From a virus (Duplodnaviria; Caudoviricetes), in the IMG/VR virus record IMGVR_UViG_3300012166_000001, positions 1 through 52,213 of that record: DNA of 52,213 nucleotides; one strand, given 5' to 3'. How positions within the stretch are numbered: position 1 is the stretch's first letter; each line of letters opens with the position of its first letter. A program made the translations under genes and the position numbers. The notes beneath the pieces are model-generated. The model had not been told where the DNA came from, made no database searches, and saw nothing but the letters and a program-made list of their open reading frames with translations. Positions 28,063 to 38,006 of the stretch are shown here, piece after piece.

Positions 28063-28361
28063 TACAACCTGCCCTCTATGTGCTTTGCTTCCAGCAGAGC
28101 TAGGTCACAATCCTCAATATCCGTAACAACACAGGCCACCCCTCCACTATCACTAATGTCGTCAAGGGTTTTGGCCTGTAACTTAGTAAGGGTGTTTACC
28201 CGGCCTGGTTTCTTAACTTCCAAGCCGAGAAACACTCCGTTGTAGCACCCCACAATATCGGGCAATCCAGCGGTGTACATATTACCGTGGATCTTGACAG
28301 CATAAGCACCCTGAGATTTCAGGTACTTAATTAGCTTGCGTGTGAGGTCCGCTTCTGTCAT
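28062..28361 (-). CDS. VRR-NUC nuclease / resolvase
   Basis: E..L, G.PDI, LEVK, Q motif. Confidence 0.85.
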   Translation of the reverse strand: MTEADLTRKLIKYLKSQGAYAVKIHGNMYTAGLPDIVGCYNGVFLGLEVKKPGRVNTLTKLQAKTLDDISDSGGVACVVTDIEDCDLALLEAKHIEGRL

Positions 28362-28367
28362 AGCGGC

Positions 28368-28985
28368 TTAGAGGTTTTCGAGATCTAGGGTGTCGAGTTC
28401 ATCTTCTGACTCATCTTCATCCTCTTCCTCTTCGTCCTCGTCTTCCTCCTCTTCGTCTTCCTCCTCTTCCTCATCGTTAGTTTCGTCGTCTTCAGTCTCC
28501 TCTTCTTCCTCCTCATCCTCTTCCTCCTCTTCATCCTCAACCTCGTCGTTAAGGGTTTCGAGGTCGATAAAGTCAGAGACACGAGACTTAATACGTCCCT
28601 GGTAAGGTTCGTCGTCGGTAACAGTAATACCCAACTCCTTACCTACCAGTGGTTTAAGCGGGAGCTTAAGGATGCTCTTGGGGACTTCAACCCCTAGCGC
28701 CTCCAATAAGCCACGGACCCGCCAAAGGGATCTCGGGGTAATCCACAGGGAATCAGTAATTCTCTTACCCTTGTACTTGCCTTCGGTGAGTTTGAATGTA
28801 ACCTTAATGCCCGGAGTATCTTTCTCTGCCGACCGCTCGAACTTCGCTTTCACGATCTTAGCGGCGTAGTCATTCTCCGGCACTCGTATACCTGCGCCGC
28901 CACCCTCTACCTCCTTACGGAAGTCAATGGTGACTACATCGGAGTTACTACTTTTACCCCGGCGTTTTTTCGTTTTGGTTGCCAT
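28368..28985 (-). CDS. single-stranded DNA-binding protein (DUF669-like) with long acidic tail
   Basis: P..DY.AKI, G.Y.G..I.D, LW....L.ALG OB-fold motifs; ~50-residue E/D tail. Confidence 0.75.
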   Translation of the reverse strand: MATKTKKRRGKSSNSDVVTIDFRKEVEGGGAGIRVPENDYAAKIVKAKFERSAEKDTPGIKVTFKLTEGKYKGKRITDSLWITPRSLWRVRGLLEALGVEVPKSILKLPLKPLVGKELGITVTDDEPYQGRIKSRVSDFIDLETLNDEVEDEEEEEDEEEEEETEDDETNDEEEEEDEEEEDEDEEEEDEDESEDELDTLDLENL

Positions 28986-28990
28986 TGTTA

Positions 28991-29212
28991 CTATTCATCC
29001 TCCTGTGATTGTTCAATATCGTGTGTAGCCAATGCCGTCTTGACGAAACCCTCGGCGCCAATAGAGATGAGGGTGACGTGGATTGCCGAAAGTTGATCGG
29101 CACGCTTTCGCTCATCAGAATCATCTTCAGCGGCAATCGCCTCGTCTAGATAGTTAATCAATTCTTGTGCATCTCGCCTTAGCTTCTCCCTTTTGAAATC
29201 GAGGTCGTCCAT
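28991..29212 (-). CDS. hypothetical protein
   Basis: TAATG-coupled in - operon. Confidence 0.5.
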   Translation of the reverse strand: MDDLDFKREKLRRDAQELINYLDEAIAAEDDSDERKRADQLSAIHVTLISIGAEGFVKTALATHDIEQSQEDE

Positions 29213-29982
29213 TACTCCTCCTGGTTAGTTGCAGCTTCGATTACCTTAGTCATGGTCGGATTTTCTACTACCTTGCCTAAGGAGTTAGTCCTGTCTCCAG
29301 CTTCAAAGTCCTCATGGTCACCTACCCATAACATCGTCTGCCACTTGGACACAACTCTTCGCGTTTTTTTATTCCGTCTTTTAACCCTCTTTCGGTAGAC
29401 GCGGCCGACGATAGAAACGGAGCCCATCGCCGTACCCCTGGAGCCCGCCGGGAGGTCGGGGCAGGCGACTACATCCTCCCCCTCTTCAGGATCTCCCACT
29501 GTGCGTTCCTGTGCGGTGAAGATAACGTGCATAGGAAGGTTACGAAAGCGCAGGATCTCAAACTTCATCATCTCCGCTACCTTGCCGTAATCCTGCCGAC
29601 GCGGCATTTTTGGATCTTTAGTCGGATCGCGGTCGTATCCCTCTTTAAGGACGTGACTCAGACACAGAGCGTTAAGGGCAGTTAGTGTGTCGATGGCCAC
29701 CGTCTCGTAATCGTGGTCGCCGCGCTTAAGATACCAGTAAACCTCGTCAATGTCGGGCCACGTTCTCATTGGAAAGACTTTGGCGCCGGTCCCTCGGATC
29801 GAGAGAGTGCCGCGCTCGTTAACGTCAATAACCAAGACGTTAGGGGCCGACCCGCAGAAGCGCGTCTTGCCCTTCTTGTTGCGTCCGTAGACGAGGATCT
29901 TGACGTGTGGGTTAGCTTGATCCACCGGAACGATTCGAGACTCTAGGCCCGCACCTTTCTTGCGCCGTCGTTTTTTAGCCAT
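29212..29982 (-). CDS. AAA_24 / Sak4-like ATPase recombinase
   Basis: YGRNKKGKT P-loop, D.E.G, VAIDTLT, HVIFTAQE. Confidence 0.8.
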   Translation of the reverse strand: MAKKRRRKKGAGLESRIVPVDQANPHVKILVYGRNKKGKTRFCGSAPNVLVIDVNERGTLSIRGTGAKVFPMRTWPDIDEVYWYLKRGDHDYETVAIDTLTALNALCLSHVLKEGYDRDPTKDPKMPRRQDYGKVAEMMKFEILRFRNLPMHVIFTAQERTVGDPEEGEDVVACPDLPAGSRGTAMGSVSIVGRVYRKRVKRRNKKTRRVVSKWQTMLWVGDHEDFEAGDRTNSLGKVVENPTMTKVIEAATNQEE

Positions 29983-30220
29983 TGATTGCGTGCCTCTCTA
30001 TGTCTTCCTTTGAGGGCGCACCCTGGTCAACGAGGCCGAAGTCCATTGCTTCCCGTCGAGCCTCCCTCTCAACCACAGACAGGAAGGTCGCGGCTCTTAT
30101 GTACTTGTCCGCTGCGTGTTGCCGCCTCTCCCCGACCAAGCTGTCCTTAAGCAGAACGGCGGCTGCGTCTCTTTCCTTTAGTGCGTTTCGTAGCTTTCGT
30201 GCGGTTTGCTCGCTTATCAC
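29975..30220 (-). CDS. hypothetical protein
   Basis: ORF in - operon; overlaps the 3' end of the nuclease gene. Confidence 0.45.
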   Translation of the reverse strand: MISEQTARKLRNALKERDAAAVLLKDSLVGERRQHAADKYIRAATFLSVVEREARREAMDFGLVDQGAPSKEDIERHAING

Positions 30221-31184
30221 GTTTACCTTTCTTGTCCTTAACGTACCTTAGCTTGACTACATCGGATATGTCTCCACCCTGCAATTGAAGTACGCAAGGC
30301 TCTAGGAACTCACAATCCCACGTACACTCCTTGCGTCCATTACGAGGGAACTCACCCAAGATCTCTGTCGCTTTAATCTCCTCAGCTAGTGTGTCTAGAT
30401 CCGCCATCATCTGCGTCGTTACGGGCTTGTCCTTTGGGAGTGCAGATCGGCGGAACCAATCGTCACTCCTACCTCTTAGCCGCTTAAGGGTAGTTCTATA
30501 ACTATTGGGATCTTGTCTCAGTTTTTTAATTGCGTCTAGATATGTCCAGTAGTCGGATCGCAGGTTCTGGCGCTCGGTAAGCCTACCAGATTTCAAAACT
30601 TCTGGCACAGTAGGCGGGACGGTCAGTATCTGATTGAACTCTACGCCCATTAGAGGTTTGATACCTAGTCTCTCGGCGCAATAGAAATACCTTGTCAACT
30701 GTGCATCTAGCAGCATAAAGTCCGGGGGCAGGAATCGGCTGACCGATTTGTGATCGCGGAGCCAGAGCCCCCCGTCCATATCCTCAATAATGTGGTCGAT
30801 AATGAACTGGAACTCTGCACCATTGGGTAAGGTAACAGTCTCATCCAACTCAGAGTCGATGGTACGGTAAAGGGCATCCTCCTCTCTCCAGAAGCGAAGG
30901 TAAGAGCGCATAATCCGGGCCGCTTCCCGTGGTAGATCCCCCAAGTCTTCCTTTTCCTCGTCTGGCAATTCGTTAAACGCCTCCGTGTTCTCTCTGTGTA
31001 CCTTCTTAATGTCCTCACCATCGTAGTAAGTCATTAGCAACTCATGCAGCCAAGATCCTAGCTCCAGAGGGAATGCCTTTTTCTTGGCTCGCAGTTTCTT
31101 TATGTAACGAAACTCATACTTCTTTTCGCACCGCTGGTAGGTGCTCACCTTTGAGTTACTTAGATGTAAAGGTTTAGTTGCCAC
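30147..31184 (-). CDS. PD-(D/E)XK / Cas4-RecB-like exonuclease
   Basis: S.S....Y..C, G...H, IDHI...DHKS, Q...Y, C..C....C. Confidence 0.85.
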   Translation of the reverse strand: MATKPLHLSNSKVSTYQRCEKKYEFRYIKKLRAKKKAFPLELGSWLHELLMTYYDGEDIKKVHRENTEAFNELPDEEKEDLGDLPREAARIMRSYLRFWREEDALYRTIDSELDETVTLPNGAEFQFIIDHIIEDMDGGLWLRDHKSVSRFLPPDFMLLDAQLTRYFYCAERLGIKPLMGVEFNQILTVPPTVPEVLKSGRLTERQNLRSDYWTYLDAIKKLRQDPNSYRTTLKRLRGRSDDWFRRSALPKDKPVTTQMMADLDTLAEEIKATEILGEFPRNGRKECTWDCEFLEPCVLQLQGGDISDVVKLRYVKDKKGKRDKRANRTKATKRTKGKRRSRRSA

Positions 31185-31369
31185 TACATGCCTCCCTAGC
31201 GAGAGTTTCTACGTCTCGCACAAACTCCCTCCATTCATTAATAGTAAGACTTAGTTCACCCTCAACTTCTATGGCTACCACGATACGGGGGTGGCTGGCG
31301 GTGTAAGCGGATGCTCTATTAACCCTAGCTCTTAAGCTCCCACTAAGAGTTAGTGCCTTTACGTATCTC

Positions 31370-31741
31370 TTAATCATTTGTGATCTCACCCATCTTCTCT
31401 AGAATCAAGTCCGTTACATGCTTACCCAACCAGTAAGCAAACTTCTGTTCATCCGAGTGTTTCGGTGGTTCCCCGTAGTGCAGGAGGCTTTCCATCATGC
31501 CCATGTTAGTAACAACATAAGCCCCCGGTTCCAGATGTGAAGGATTACTACCCACACGGAACCCGCACTTCTTAGCGATCTCCCGTGGGTTTTCCCCGTT
31601 AAGTAATGCCTCCAGAGCCATCGTGCCCATGTGATCTAGGGCAGCCTCGCGCTGAGCGATTGCGTTTTGGCGGCTCTCGTGAATTACATCGAGCATATCC
31701 ATAGGGTCCGGTTCGTCTGTGTAAAGGCGCTTACGCTTCAT
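31370..31741 (-). CDS. hypothetical protein
   Basis: ORF coupled in - operon (neighbours 31174-31389 and 31738-31956). Confidence 0.5.
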   Translation of the reverse strand: MKRKRLYTDEPDPMDMLDVIHESRQNAIAQREAALDHMGTMALEALLNGENPREIAKKCGFRVGSNPSHLEPGAYVVTNMGMMESLLHYGEPPKHSDEQKFAYWLGKHVTDLILEKMGEITND

Positions 31742-31948
31742 CGTGCTCCCCTCTCTATGTGGCGGGCGATTGTGCGAACATTATCCGTGTCGTTCTTAAT
31801 CCTTATGTACCGCTGTTGAAGCAGTCGAGACTCTTGCTCTGTCAAATCGTAGTCATCGAGGATTTCACCGATAGTTAGGATGCGATTGGAGTCTAAGGCA
31901 TTACAGCCGGTATGGAGAATGCGGGCAATCGCTCTACGTCTATCTCTC

Positions 31949-34342
31949 TTAGCCATTCCACACCTTGCCTTCCTTCCAATACGTACCTACTGTTAGATCG
32001 CACTCAATCGGTACGTCGATACGGGCGCCGAATTGCCTACGGGCAGGCTCCATATCCACCATAACATCGCGGATAAGCGGGCACATTTCCGCTAGGTGCC
32101 GCTCTTTAATCTCGAAGAGGATAGCATCGTGGATCGTCCCCACAATTCGGAAGGGGTTAGAGTGGCTTAGCTCTTGTAGACGCACAAGGGCGATCAACAT
32201 AAGGTCGGATGCTGTCGATTGCACAGGGGAATTAATCGCCTGCCGCTCAGCTTCTGAGACGACGCCGGAGTCGCCGGAGAGAATGTCCGGTAGGTGCCGC
32301 GTTCGGCCGAGTGGGGATGCCACCCTGTGGTACCTGTGAACAAGTCGGCGTTGCCGCTCATGCCACGTTCTGAGGCCGGGGTAACTGTTGAAGAATTTAC
32401 GTCGGAACCGTTCGGCTCTCGTCTCGCTAATCTCTAGGTCGTACTCGTCTCGCGCATAGGTAACGAATTTTCTAGCCCCCATGCCGTAGACGAAACCGAA
32501 GTTAACTGGTTTGGCTAGCGAACGCTCCTCATCCGTAATGTGGCTATGCGCTCTCCCTGTAACTCCAGCCGCCGTGTTCTTATGGATATCCTCACCGGCA
32601 AGGAAGACCCGTAACATGTTACGTTCATGCGCCACCATCGCAGCGATGCGTAGCTCAATCTGCGAGTAGTCTGCTTCAACAAGTAGGTACCCCTTTCTAG
32701 CTCGAATGATGCTGCGTATGAACTTATCCCGTGGTACCTGCTGCACGTTAGGGTCCGATGCCGACAGGCGCCCGGTGACGGTGCCGAAGATTTTGTAGCT
32801 TGGGTGGAGCTTCCAATCCTTATCGACGTGCTGTTCCCACGGGCCTATGTAAGTGTTTCGGTACTTATCCAGCTTTCGCCATTTCAGTAGGGCTTTAACT
32901 TCCTTACTCTCTCTCTTTAATAGGTGCAGTACCGATCTATCTGTGGACCGTCTGCCTCCTCTCGTCTGTCTTAGGGAGGGTAGTCTTAGATCATCGAATA
33001 TCCATACACCGATCTGAGGGTTCGATCTGAAGTTGAATTCCTCTCGCTTGTCCCTAGGAATCCTTGACCGCATGGCCTCTTCTAGGACACGGCATTTACG
33101 TTCGATTTCACCCCCGCGCTCTACCCATCGTTTGTGGTCAACCTGTACACCGTTCTGCTCAATATCTACTAGGGCATTGGCGGCGGGCATCATTAAGAAG
33201 GCGAAGATGCGGGCGCTTCGGGGTTCCTCTCTTAGCTGTCTGCGGAAAATGTTACGCAGCCTAAAGGTATAATCGCAATCCTTACCGTTGTACAAAGCCA
33301 ACTCATCGAGCGGAATATCGGCTCCCTTACCCTCTCGCAATTCGGCGCCAATATCGTAATCGTCGGCCCCAAGGATTATCTGTGCAAGAGAATCTAACCT
33401 CTTAAGCCTATTCTCATCGAGCATGTGTGCCGCAAGCATAGTGTCAAAGTCCTGCCGGACGGGTGCCCCAAACTTCTTAAGGAATCGTGCGTCGAACTTG
33501 CCGTTGTGTGCAATGTGTCGGGCTCTGTTCTGGAAGCAGTGAGCTAGCACATTCAGTACTTGTTGGGGATCTTTCCAAGGCGCTTCGTTATGCCAAAGTG
33601 GAACCACCGCTGCCTGTCCCCGTCTCCAGGTAAATCCAACGCAGATAATGGCGGCTCTCTCGGCGTGCTCATTCAGAGTGTTAGTTTCAATATCAAAGGC
33701 CCACGCATCAGCTCGATCAAGGTGTTCTATAAGGCGTTGCAGCTTATCGGGGGTGTTGACAATCGTAACCTTCGTCTCTGGCGAGCGGGCCTCTCCGCGC
33801 ACAATCTGACCGAACCGCTTTAGGTCGGCCTCTACGGCCTCCAGGTAGCGCGGGTTACGCAGCACAGCGGCAGGGTGGAAGGTCGGGAAGACAGTAGCGT
33901 CGTGCGCGTTGAATTTCGAGCCCCTGTGTCTAGTAATACCTGACTTACCTAACACCCCCTGCAACGCCGCGTTGCCAAGCGGGAGAATGAAATCCGGTTT
34001 GACAAGCTCAACTTCTTTAGTGAAGTAGGTAGACGTACACAGTCTAATCTCTCTTCGGGTTGGCTGGCGGTTTTCCGGCGGGCGACACTTGGCGACGTTG
34101 GTTACGTAGCAGTCGTCCCGATCTAGCCCGGCGTCCCGTAGTAGGTCGTCCAGTAACTCACCGGCCCTTCCGATGAACACTTCCTCCTCTGCATCCTCCC
34201 GTGCTCCCGGCGCCTCGCCTACCACCATAATCTTAGCTTTGTATGGACCGCTGCCCATGAGGCACACAGTCTCCGCGTCCTCATTGAGAGGGCACAGTTC
34301 GCAGTCCGGGTTGCGGATCTTAGCTAGTGGATTTCGCGCCAT
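31949..34342 (-). CDS. polA: family A DNA polymerase with N-terminal family-4 uracil-DNA glycosylase domain
   Basis: UDG: CxxC, GEAPG, KCRPP, HPAA; 3'-5' exo DIET, HNGKFD; pol motifs ADYSQIELR, KPVNFGFVYG, HDAILFE. Confidence 0.93.
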   Translation of the reverse strand: MARNPLAKIRNPDCELCPLNEDAETVCLMGSGPYKAKIMVVGEAPGAREDAEEEVFIGRAGELLDDLLRDAGLDRDDCYVTNVAKCRPPENRQPTRREIRLCTSTYFTKEVELVKPDFILPLGNAALQGVLGKSGITRHRGSKFNAHDATVFPTFHPAAVLRNPRYLEAVEADLKRFGQIVRGEARSPETKVTIVNTPDKLQRLIEHLDRADAWAFDIETNTLNEHAERAAIICVGFTWRRGQAAVVPLWHNEAPWKDPQQVLNVLAHCFQNRARHIAHNGKFDARFLKKFGAPVRQDFDTMLAAHMLDENRLKRLDSLAQIILGADDYDIGAELREGKGADIPLDELALYNGKDCDYTFRLRNIFRRQLREEPRSARIFAFLMMPAANALVDIEQNGVQVDHKRWVERGGEIERKCRVLEEAMRSRIPRDKREEFNFRSNPQIGVWIFDDLRLPSLRQTRGGRRSTDRSVLHLLKRESKEVKALLKWRKLDKYRNTYIGPWEQHVDKDWKLHPSYKIFGTVTGRLSASDPNVQQVPRDKFIRSIIRARKGYLLVEADYSQIELRIAAMVAHERNMLRVFLAGEDIHKNTAAGVTGRAHSHITDEERSLAKPVNFGFVYGMGARKFVTYARDEYDLEISETRAERFRRKFFNSYPGLRTWHERQRRLVHRYHRVASPLGRTRHLPDILSGDSGVVSEAERQAINSPVQSTASDLMLIALVRLQELSHSNPFRIVGTIHDAILFEIKERHLAEMCPLIRDVMVDMEPARRQFGARIDVPIECDLTVGTYWKEGKVWNG

Positions 34343-34584
34343 GTTGCCGCCGCCACTCCTACGATGACACCGTAAGCCATTGCCATTTTAGCTAGATCGT
34401 CTAGGTAAACCTCCTGTAGGGTAGGGGTTGTAAACGCCGACTCCTCAATGAATTGGATTAACCCCTCCGGGTCGATCCCGTACTCATCCGGCATTGTCTC
34501 CGGTCGGAGTTCGTTTGCCGCGTCGTGTAGATCCTCTACGCCAATCATCCGAGACCATATCCCGTGAAGAACCCACTTACCCAC
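34324..34584 (-). CDS. hypothetical protein
   Basis: ORF in - operon. Confidence 0.45.
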   Translation of the reverse strand: MGKWVLHGIWSRMIGVEDLHDAANELRPETMPDEYGIDPEGLIQFIEESAFTTPTLQEVYLDDLAKMAMAYGVIVGVAAATWREIH

Positions 34585-34691
34585 ATGGCAATGCAGATTA
34601 GTATTAGTTTGGTTCCGTTACTCATCGCGCATTACAGTTACAAGGGTGTTAAGAACTATGAGTACAACCAAAGTTATAAACTGAACGTCAG

Positions 34692-35129
34692 TCATTGTGC
34701 CATCTCCTTGTCTATTCGTTTAAGCTCCGCTTGTAAGTCGGATGCGCCGTAGTGCTGAGCCAGCCAACGGAAGATGTAATCCGGTATGGATTGGCACCGT
34801 GGAATCTCCGGATTGTCCGTGTCTCCATTAGGGGCAAACTTCATGTGTGCGAACTTCCTGGCCAACATCGGAAACTCGGCGCCGAACTGCAAACCGATAG
34901 ACACCATAACCGCGAAGGCGTCTACCCATCCTTGGTTAGTCGAGCCCGTCTGCCCGAACCCGTGGATGAACACTTCGCCTAGCGTGCCGTCCTCATGCGG
35001 GTTGGCGGTTATGTACCCCTTCAAGCCCCCGATCCTGACGGCATGAGTTACACCCGTCCTGTCGTCGGGCATTTTCTGGCGAGCAGAACCAACGGCGCCT
35101 TCCATGCTGTCTTCGGAGTGGTTGGGCAT
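34692..35129 (-). CDS. stand-alone TSCPD domain (C-terminal part of class II ribonucleotide reductase)
   Basis: R..MPD.R.GVT, GYIT...DG.LGEVF, SIGLQ.G, F.P.G.T.NP.I...SIPDYIFRWL. Confidence 0.85.
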   Translation of the reverse strand: MPNHSEDSMEGAVGSARQKMPDDRTGVTHAVRIGGLKGYITANPHEDGTLGEVFIHGFGQTGSTNQGWVDAFAVMVSIGLQFGAEFPMLARKFAHMKFAPNGDTDNPEIPRCQSIPDYIFRWLAQHYGASDLQAELKRIDKEMAQ

Positions 35130-35217
35130 CAGGTAACTACGATTATGAGAGTGGCCAACAATGATCCTACCGGCACCCCGAAAAGCACCCCCACGAAAAA
35201 GGATGCACCATTCATAG

Positions 35218-35790
35218 TTACCACGTCCTTTCTTTACGCTTGTCTATGTAATCCTTACACCGTTCGAGAATGTAGGTGTAGGGGATCGTCCACTCCTGCG
35301 CGCATGTATGGTCGTACCAGAGAACCTTATCCGGCTTAGTAGGTTGCGATCCTAGCCCGTGTGAGACTACAACCGACCCTGGAGAGTTCAGTATAAGATT
35401 TGTGTACGATAAAAACAAACCTTCCAGTTGAGAGTCCGATAGGTTATTGGTCGGGTTATCTTTAGCCCGTTTAAGCACTGACTCCCACGGCGGAAGGCAC
35501 ACAATAACCGGACACTCTAAGGCGGTGAGAATCTTACGGACATACATAACCTCACCTTCTGAGAATTGTGGTCTATGCCCAGGTAGCGAAGCCCCTAACA
35601 CATTCTCAAAAAAGAACCCATCCCTAACCCTAATAGGCTGGTCCCCTGTGACTGCCCATCCCAATACCATGTAAATTGCCGCACGGCGGCTAGTAGTAAA
35701 AGAACCCCCACACTGTATCCCTAATTCCTGGGCTAACCTATGGGCTAAAACAGTCTTACCCGATCCTGGCGGGCCTTCTACGACAATCAC
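35218..35790 (-). CDS. P-loop nucleotide kinase (dNMP/thymidylate kinase-like)
   Basis: IVVEGPPGSGKT; size and context. Confidence 0.65.
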   Translation of the reverse strand: MIVVEGPPGSGKTVLAHRLAQELGIQCGGSFTTSRRAAIYMVLGWAVTGDQPIRVRDGFFFENVLGASLPGHRPQFSEGEVMYVRKILTALECPVIVCLPPWESVLKRAKDNPTNNLSDSQLEGLFLSYTNLILNSPGSVVVSHGLGSQPTKPDKVLWYDHTCAQEWTIPYTYILERCKDYIDKRKERTW

Positions 35791-37205
35791 TTTGCTTCCT
35801 CCTCAGTATCTGATCTGTTATAGAGCAGTGACGGGATCTTGAGCACCATCTTAGCAAGACTGCGGTGCTCGCGCAGGGAAGCTAGGACCGTGTGGTCAAC
35901 CGTCTGCCTACCTGTGTTAACTATTGCGAGCAAATGGTAGTACGTAACCTTATGCTTTTGGCCGGGCCTATGTAACCGATCTAGAGCTTGGTCGAAGTTG
36001 TCAAAGCTAAAGTCACATGAGTAGAAGATTGCTTCCCGTGCAACTACTAGCTCGTTGCGACCTAAGGCTCCCGTTGCAATCTGACACACAAGCACAGTGG
36101 GGTGCTTATTGGCAGCGAACGCCTTGTACGTTCTCTCCCGATCTTTACGGTTAGATCCTTGGACAGTAAGGACTTCGTACCCTGCTCTCTTCGTTACCTC
36201 GGAAACATCATTAATCTCATTGAGGAACCGACAGTACACTACAACCTTCTGCCTCTCGTTCTCACTCATCGTGTTAATAAGGTCGGCATAGACAGCTACC
36301 TTTTCTGTCCCGACACGATGGTACTGTTCCGTTTCGGGATCTTTAATCCACCCCCCGGTAATCTGTTGGAGCCGCATGATCCGGGTGAGAATATTAGGGG
36401 CGCTAATCTCGGCCCCCGAAATCTCGGCTACGCACTCATCTGCCATCTCTCGGTAGACCCGACTGGCTTGCTCCCCTAGACGTATGGGGATGTGTACATG
36501 CTTACGCGGAGGTAGGTCAAAGCAGTCGTCCTTTTTAACTACTACTGTGTAAGGTGAGATCTTACGCTGGAGCTTACGCTTTTTAGCTCTGCGTAGTACT
36601 CGTCTGAATCCCTTGTACCCGGACTTCGCGGTGTACTCAATCTTGAATGCTTCAAACACGGTTCCGAAGATCGACCAGTTAACAACTTTGAACTGCGCGA
36701 AGAGATCCAACACCCCCCGATTAGTGATTGGAGTGCCGGTCATAATGATCCGTTTGCCACAGTGCTTAGCCAACCTGTACATTGCCTTAGCTCGACGTGT
36801 ACTGTGGCGCTTGAATCTATGGGACTCATCCCCGATTAGGATGCGCTGGTTGTAAGGTACCTCCTCAAGCCACTCTACAAGCGCATCGTAAACGCTTGGC
36901 TTGAAGATTCTATCGTAGTTAATAATGCGGTACTGTACCCCCATGTAGTCGTTATCCCCGTAGGGGTCGTGTTCCTTAATCTGTTCCTCCCACACCCCCA
37001 ACACGGACAGCGGCGCCACAACGGCAGCGTGTGCTATCGGAACCCTACCGCCCTCTTTCAAGGCGACACAGGCGGCGAAGTCGATGGCCACCTTAGTCTT
37101 ACCCGTACCCATTTCCATGAACAGGGCGATGCACCCTTTAGCCAACGCCTTTTTGAGGGCGACTAACTGGTGTTTGTAAGGTCTAGTTTTGAAGGCGTAC
37201 TGCAT
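35787..37205 (-). CDS. SNF2-family helicase
   Basis: MGTGKT, DESH, TGTP, Q..DRLHRPGQ; TAATG coupling at 37205. Confidence 0.9.
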   Translation of the reverse strand: MQYAFKTRPYKHQLVALKKALAKGCIALFMEMGTGKTKVAIDFAACVALKEGGRVPIAHAAVVAPLSVLGVWEEQIKEHDPYGDNDYMGVQYRIINYDRIFKPSVYDALVEWLEEVPYNQRILIGDESHRFKRHSTRRAKAMYRLAKHCGKRIIMTGTPITNRGVLDLFAQFKVVNWSIFGTVFEAFKIEYTAKSGYKGFRRVLRRAKKRKLQRKISPYTVVVKKDDCFDLPPRKHVHIPIRLGEQASRVYREMADECVAEISGAEISAPNILTRIMRLQQITGGWIKDPETEQYHRVGTEKVAVYADLINTMSENERQKVVVYCRFLNEINDVSEVTKRAGYEVLTVQGSNRKDRERTYKAFAANKHPTVLVCQIATGALGRNELVVAREAIFYSCDFSFDNFDQALDRLHRPGQKHKVTYYHLLAIVNTGRQTVDHTVLASLREHRSLAKMVLKIPSLLYNRSDTEEEAK

Positions 37206-37732
37206 TAACCTTCCCAAAGGTTAAGCAGTTCGTAGATATGTCGGTTCCATTTAGCGTCATACAAGGCGCCGTGATAACGCTTAAGCGCCTTTGCACAGAC
37301 GAACCGTTGCGGCGCGAGCCCGAAGTGTTGGATGATCCTCTCTGTGGTAACCAGGGCGGGGGACACCCCCATATGCCCGGCTACTAGGGACTTCAGATCA
37401 AACCCGCTGTGGTACCACGTAGGCTCCCGTCTGTGTCGGCGTAGGTAGGCTGAGAGGAATGCCAGATCAAAGGCAATGTTGTTACCCACTAGGATTTCGT
37501 CTCTTAACTCTTCAGTGAGTAACCGCAGAGCGTCAATGTGCTTAACGCGGGTGGCGAAGGGTCGGTTCCCCCAACCGTTAATCTCTAACGCTTTCTCCTC
37601 AGCGTTGATGGGATCGAAGGGAAGAGAAAAGGAAATGTCCGGTACTGTGTGGTCTAGGTCAACCCACGCTACCTCTATTGGTTCGTGATAGTAAGGATTT
37701 AGTCCGCTGGTTTCTATGTCAATGAACTTCAT
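37205..37732 (-). CDS. DEDDh 3'-5' exonuclease (DnaQ-like)
   Basis: DIETSGL, N..FD, H.ALYDA. Confidence 0.88.
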   Translation of the reverse strand: MKFIDIETSGLNPYYHEPIEVAWVDLDHTVPDISFSLPFDPINAEEKALEINGWGNRPFATRVKHIDALRLLTEELRDEILVGNNIAFDLAFLSAYLRRHRREPTWYHSGFDLKSLVAGHMGVSPALVTTERIIQHFGLAPQRFVCAKALKRYHGALYDAKWNRHIYELLNLWEG

Positions 37733-38006
37733 TATCTACCTTTGGGTTGGCAATCGGGGCAGCCAGGGCAAGGGATTGCATCGTAGAAGTCTCCTGCCAG
37801 GTGCAGTATTCCATTCCCCCCACACCGTTTCCCTTTATGAGTTAGCCGGTCGAAGGCAACCCGCCGCTCATAGACACTGTGCTTCCAGTAGAGATGCACC
37901 CCCCGACTGCCAACCCAAATATGTAAGCCGTCTGGAATCCAAATCCTACCCACCCGGTGGTTTAGGCTACCGACCTCAATATCGAAGCAGGCAACCTTCA
38001 CCCTCA

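Noticed and set aside
28390-28605. Poly-Ser ORF on the + strand
   Set aside because: It is the antisense shadow of the GAR/GAY-rich acidic tail of the SSB gene.
30147-31184. CRISPR-associated Cas4
   Set aside because: It sits in a standard exonuclease-recombinase-SSB module; no array or other cas genes are present.
31949-35790. Hypermodified-base (hmU, dZ, deazaguanine) pathway
   Set aside because: No thymidylate synthase/hydroxymethylase, PurZ, Que/Dpd or glycosyltransferase genes were recognised.
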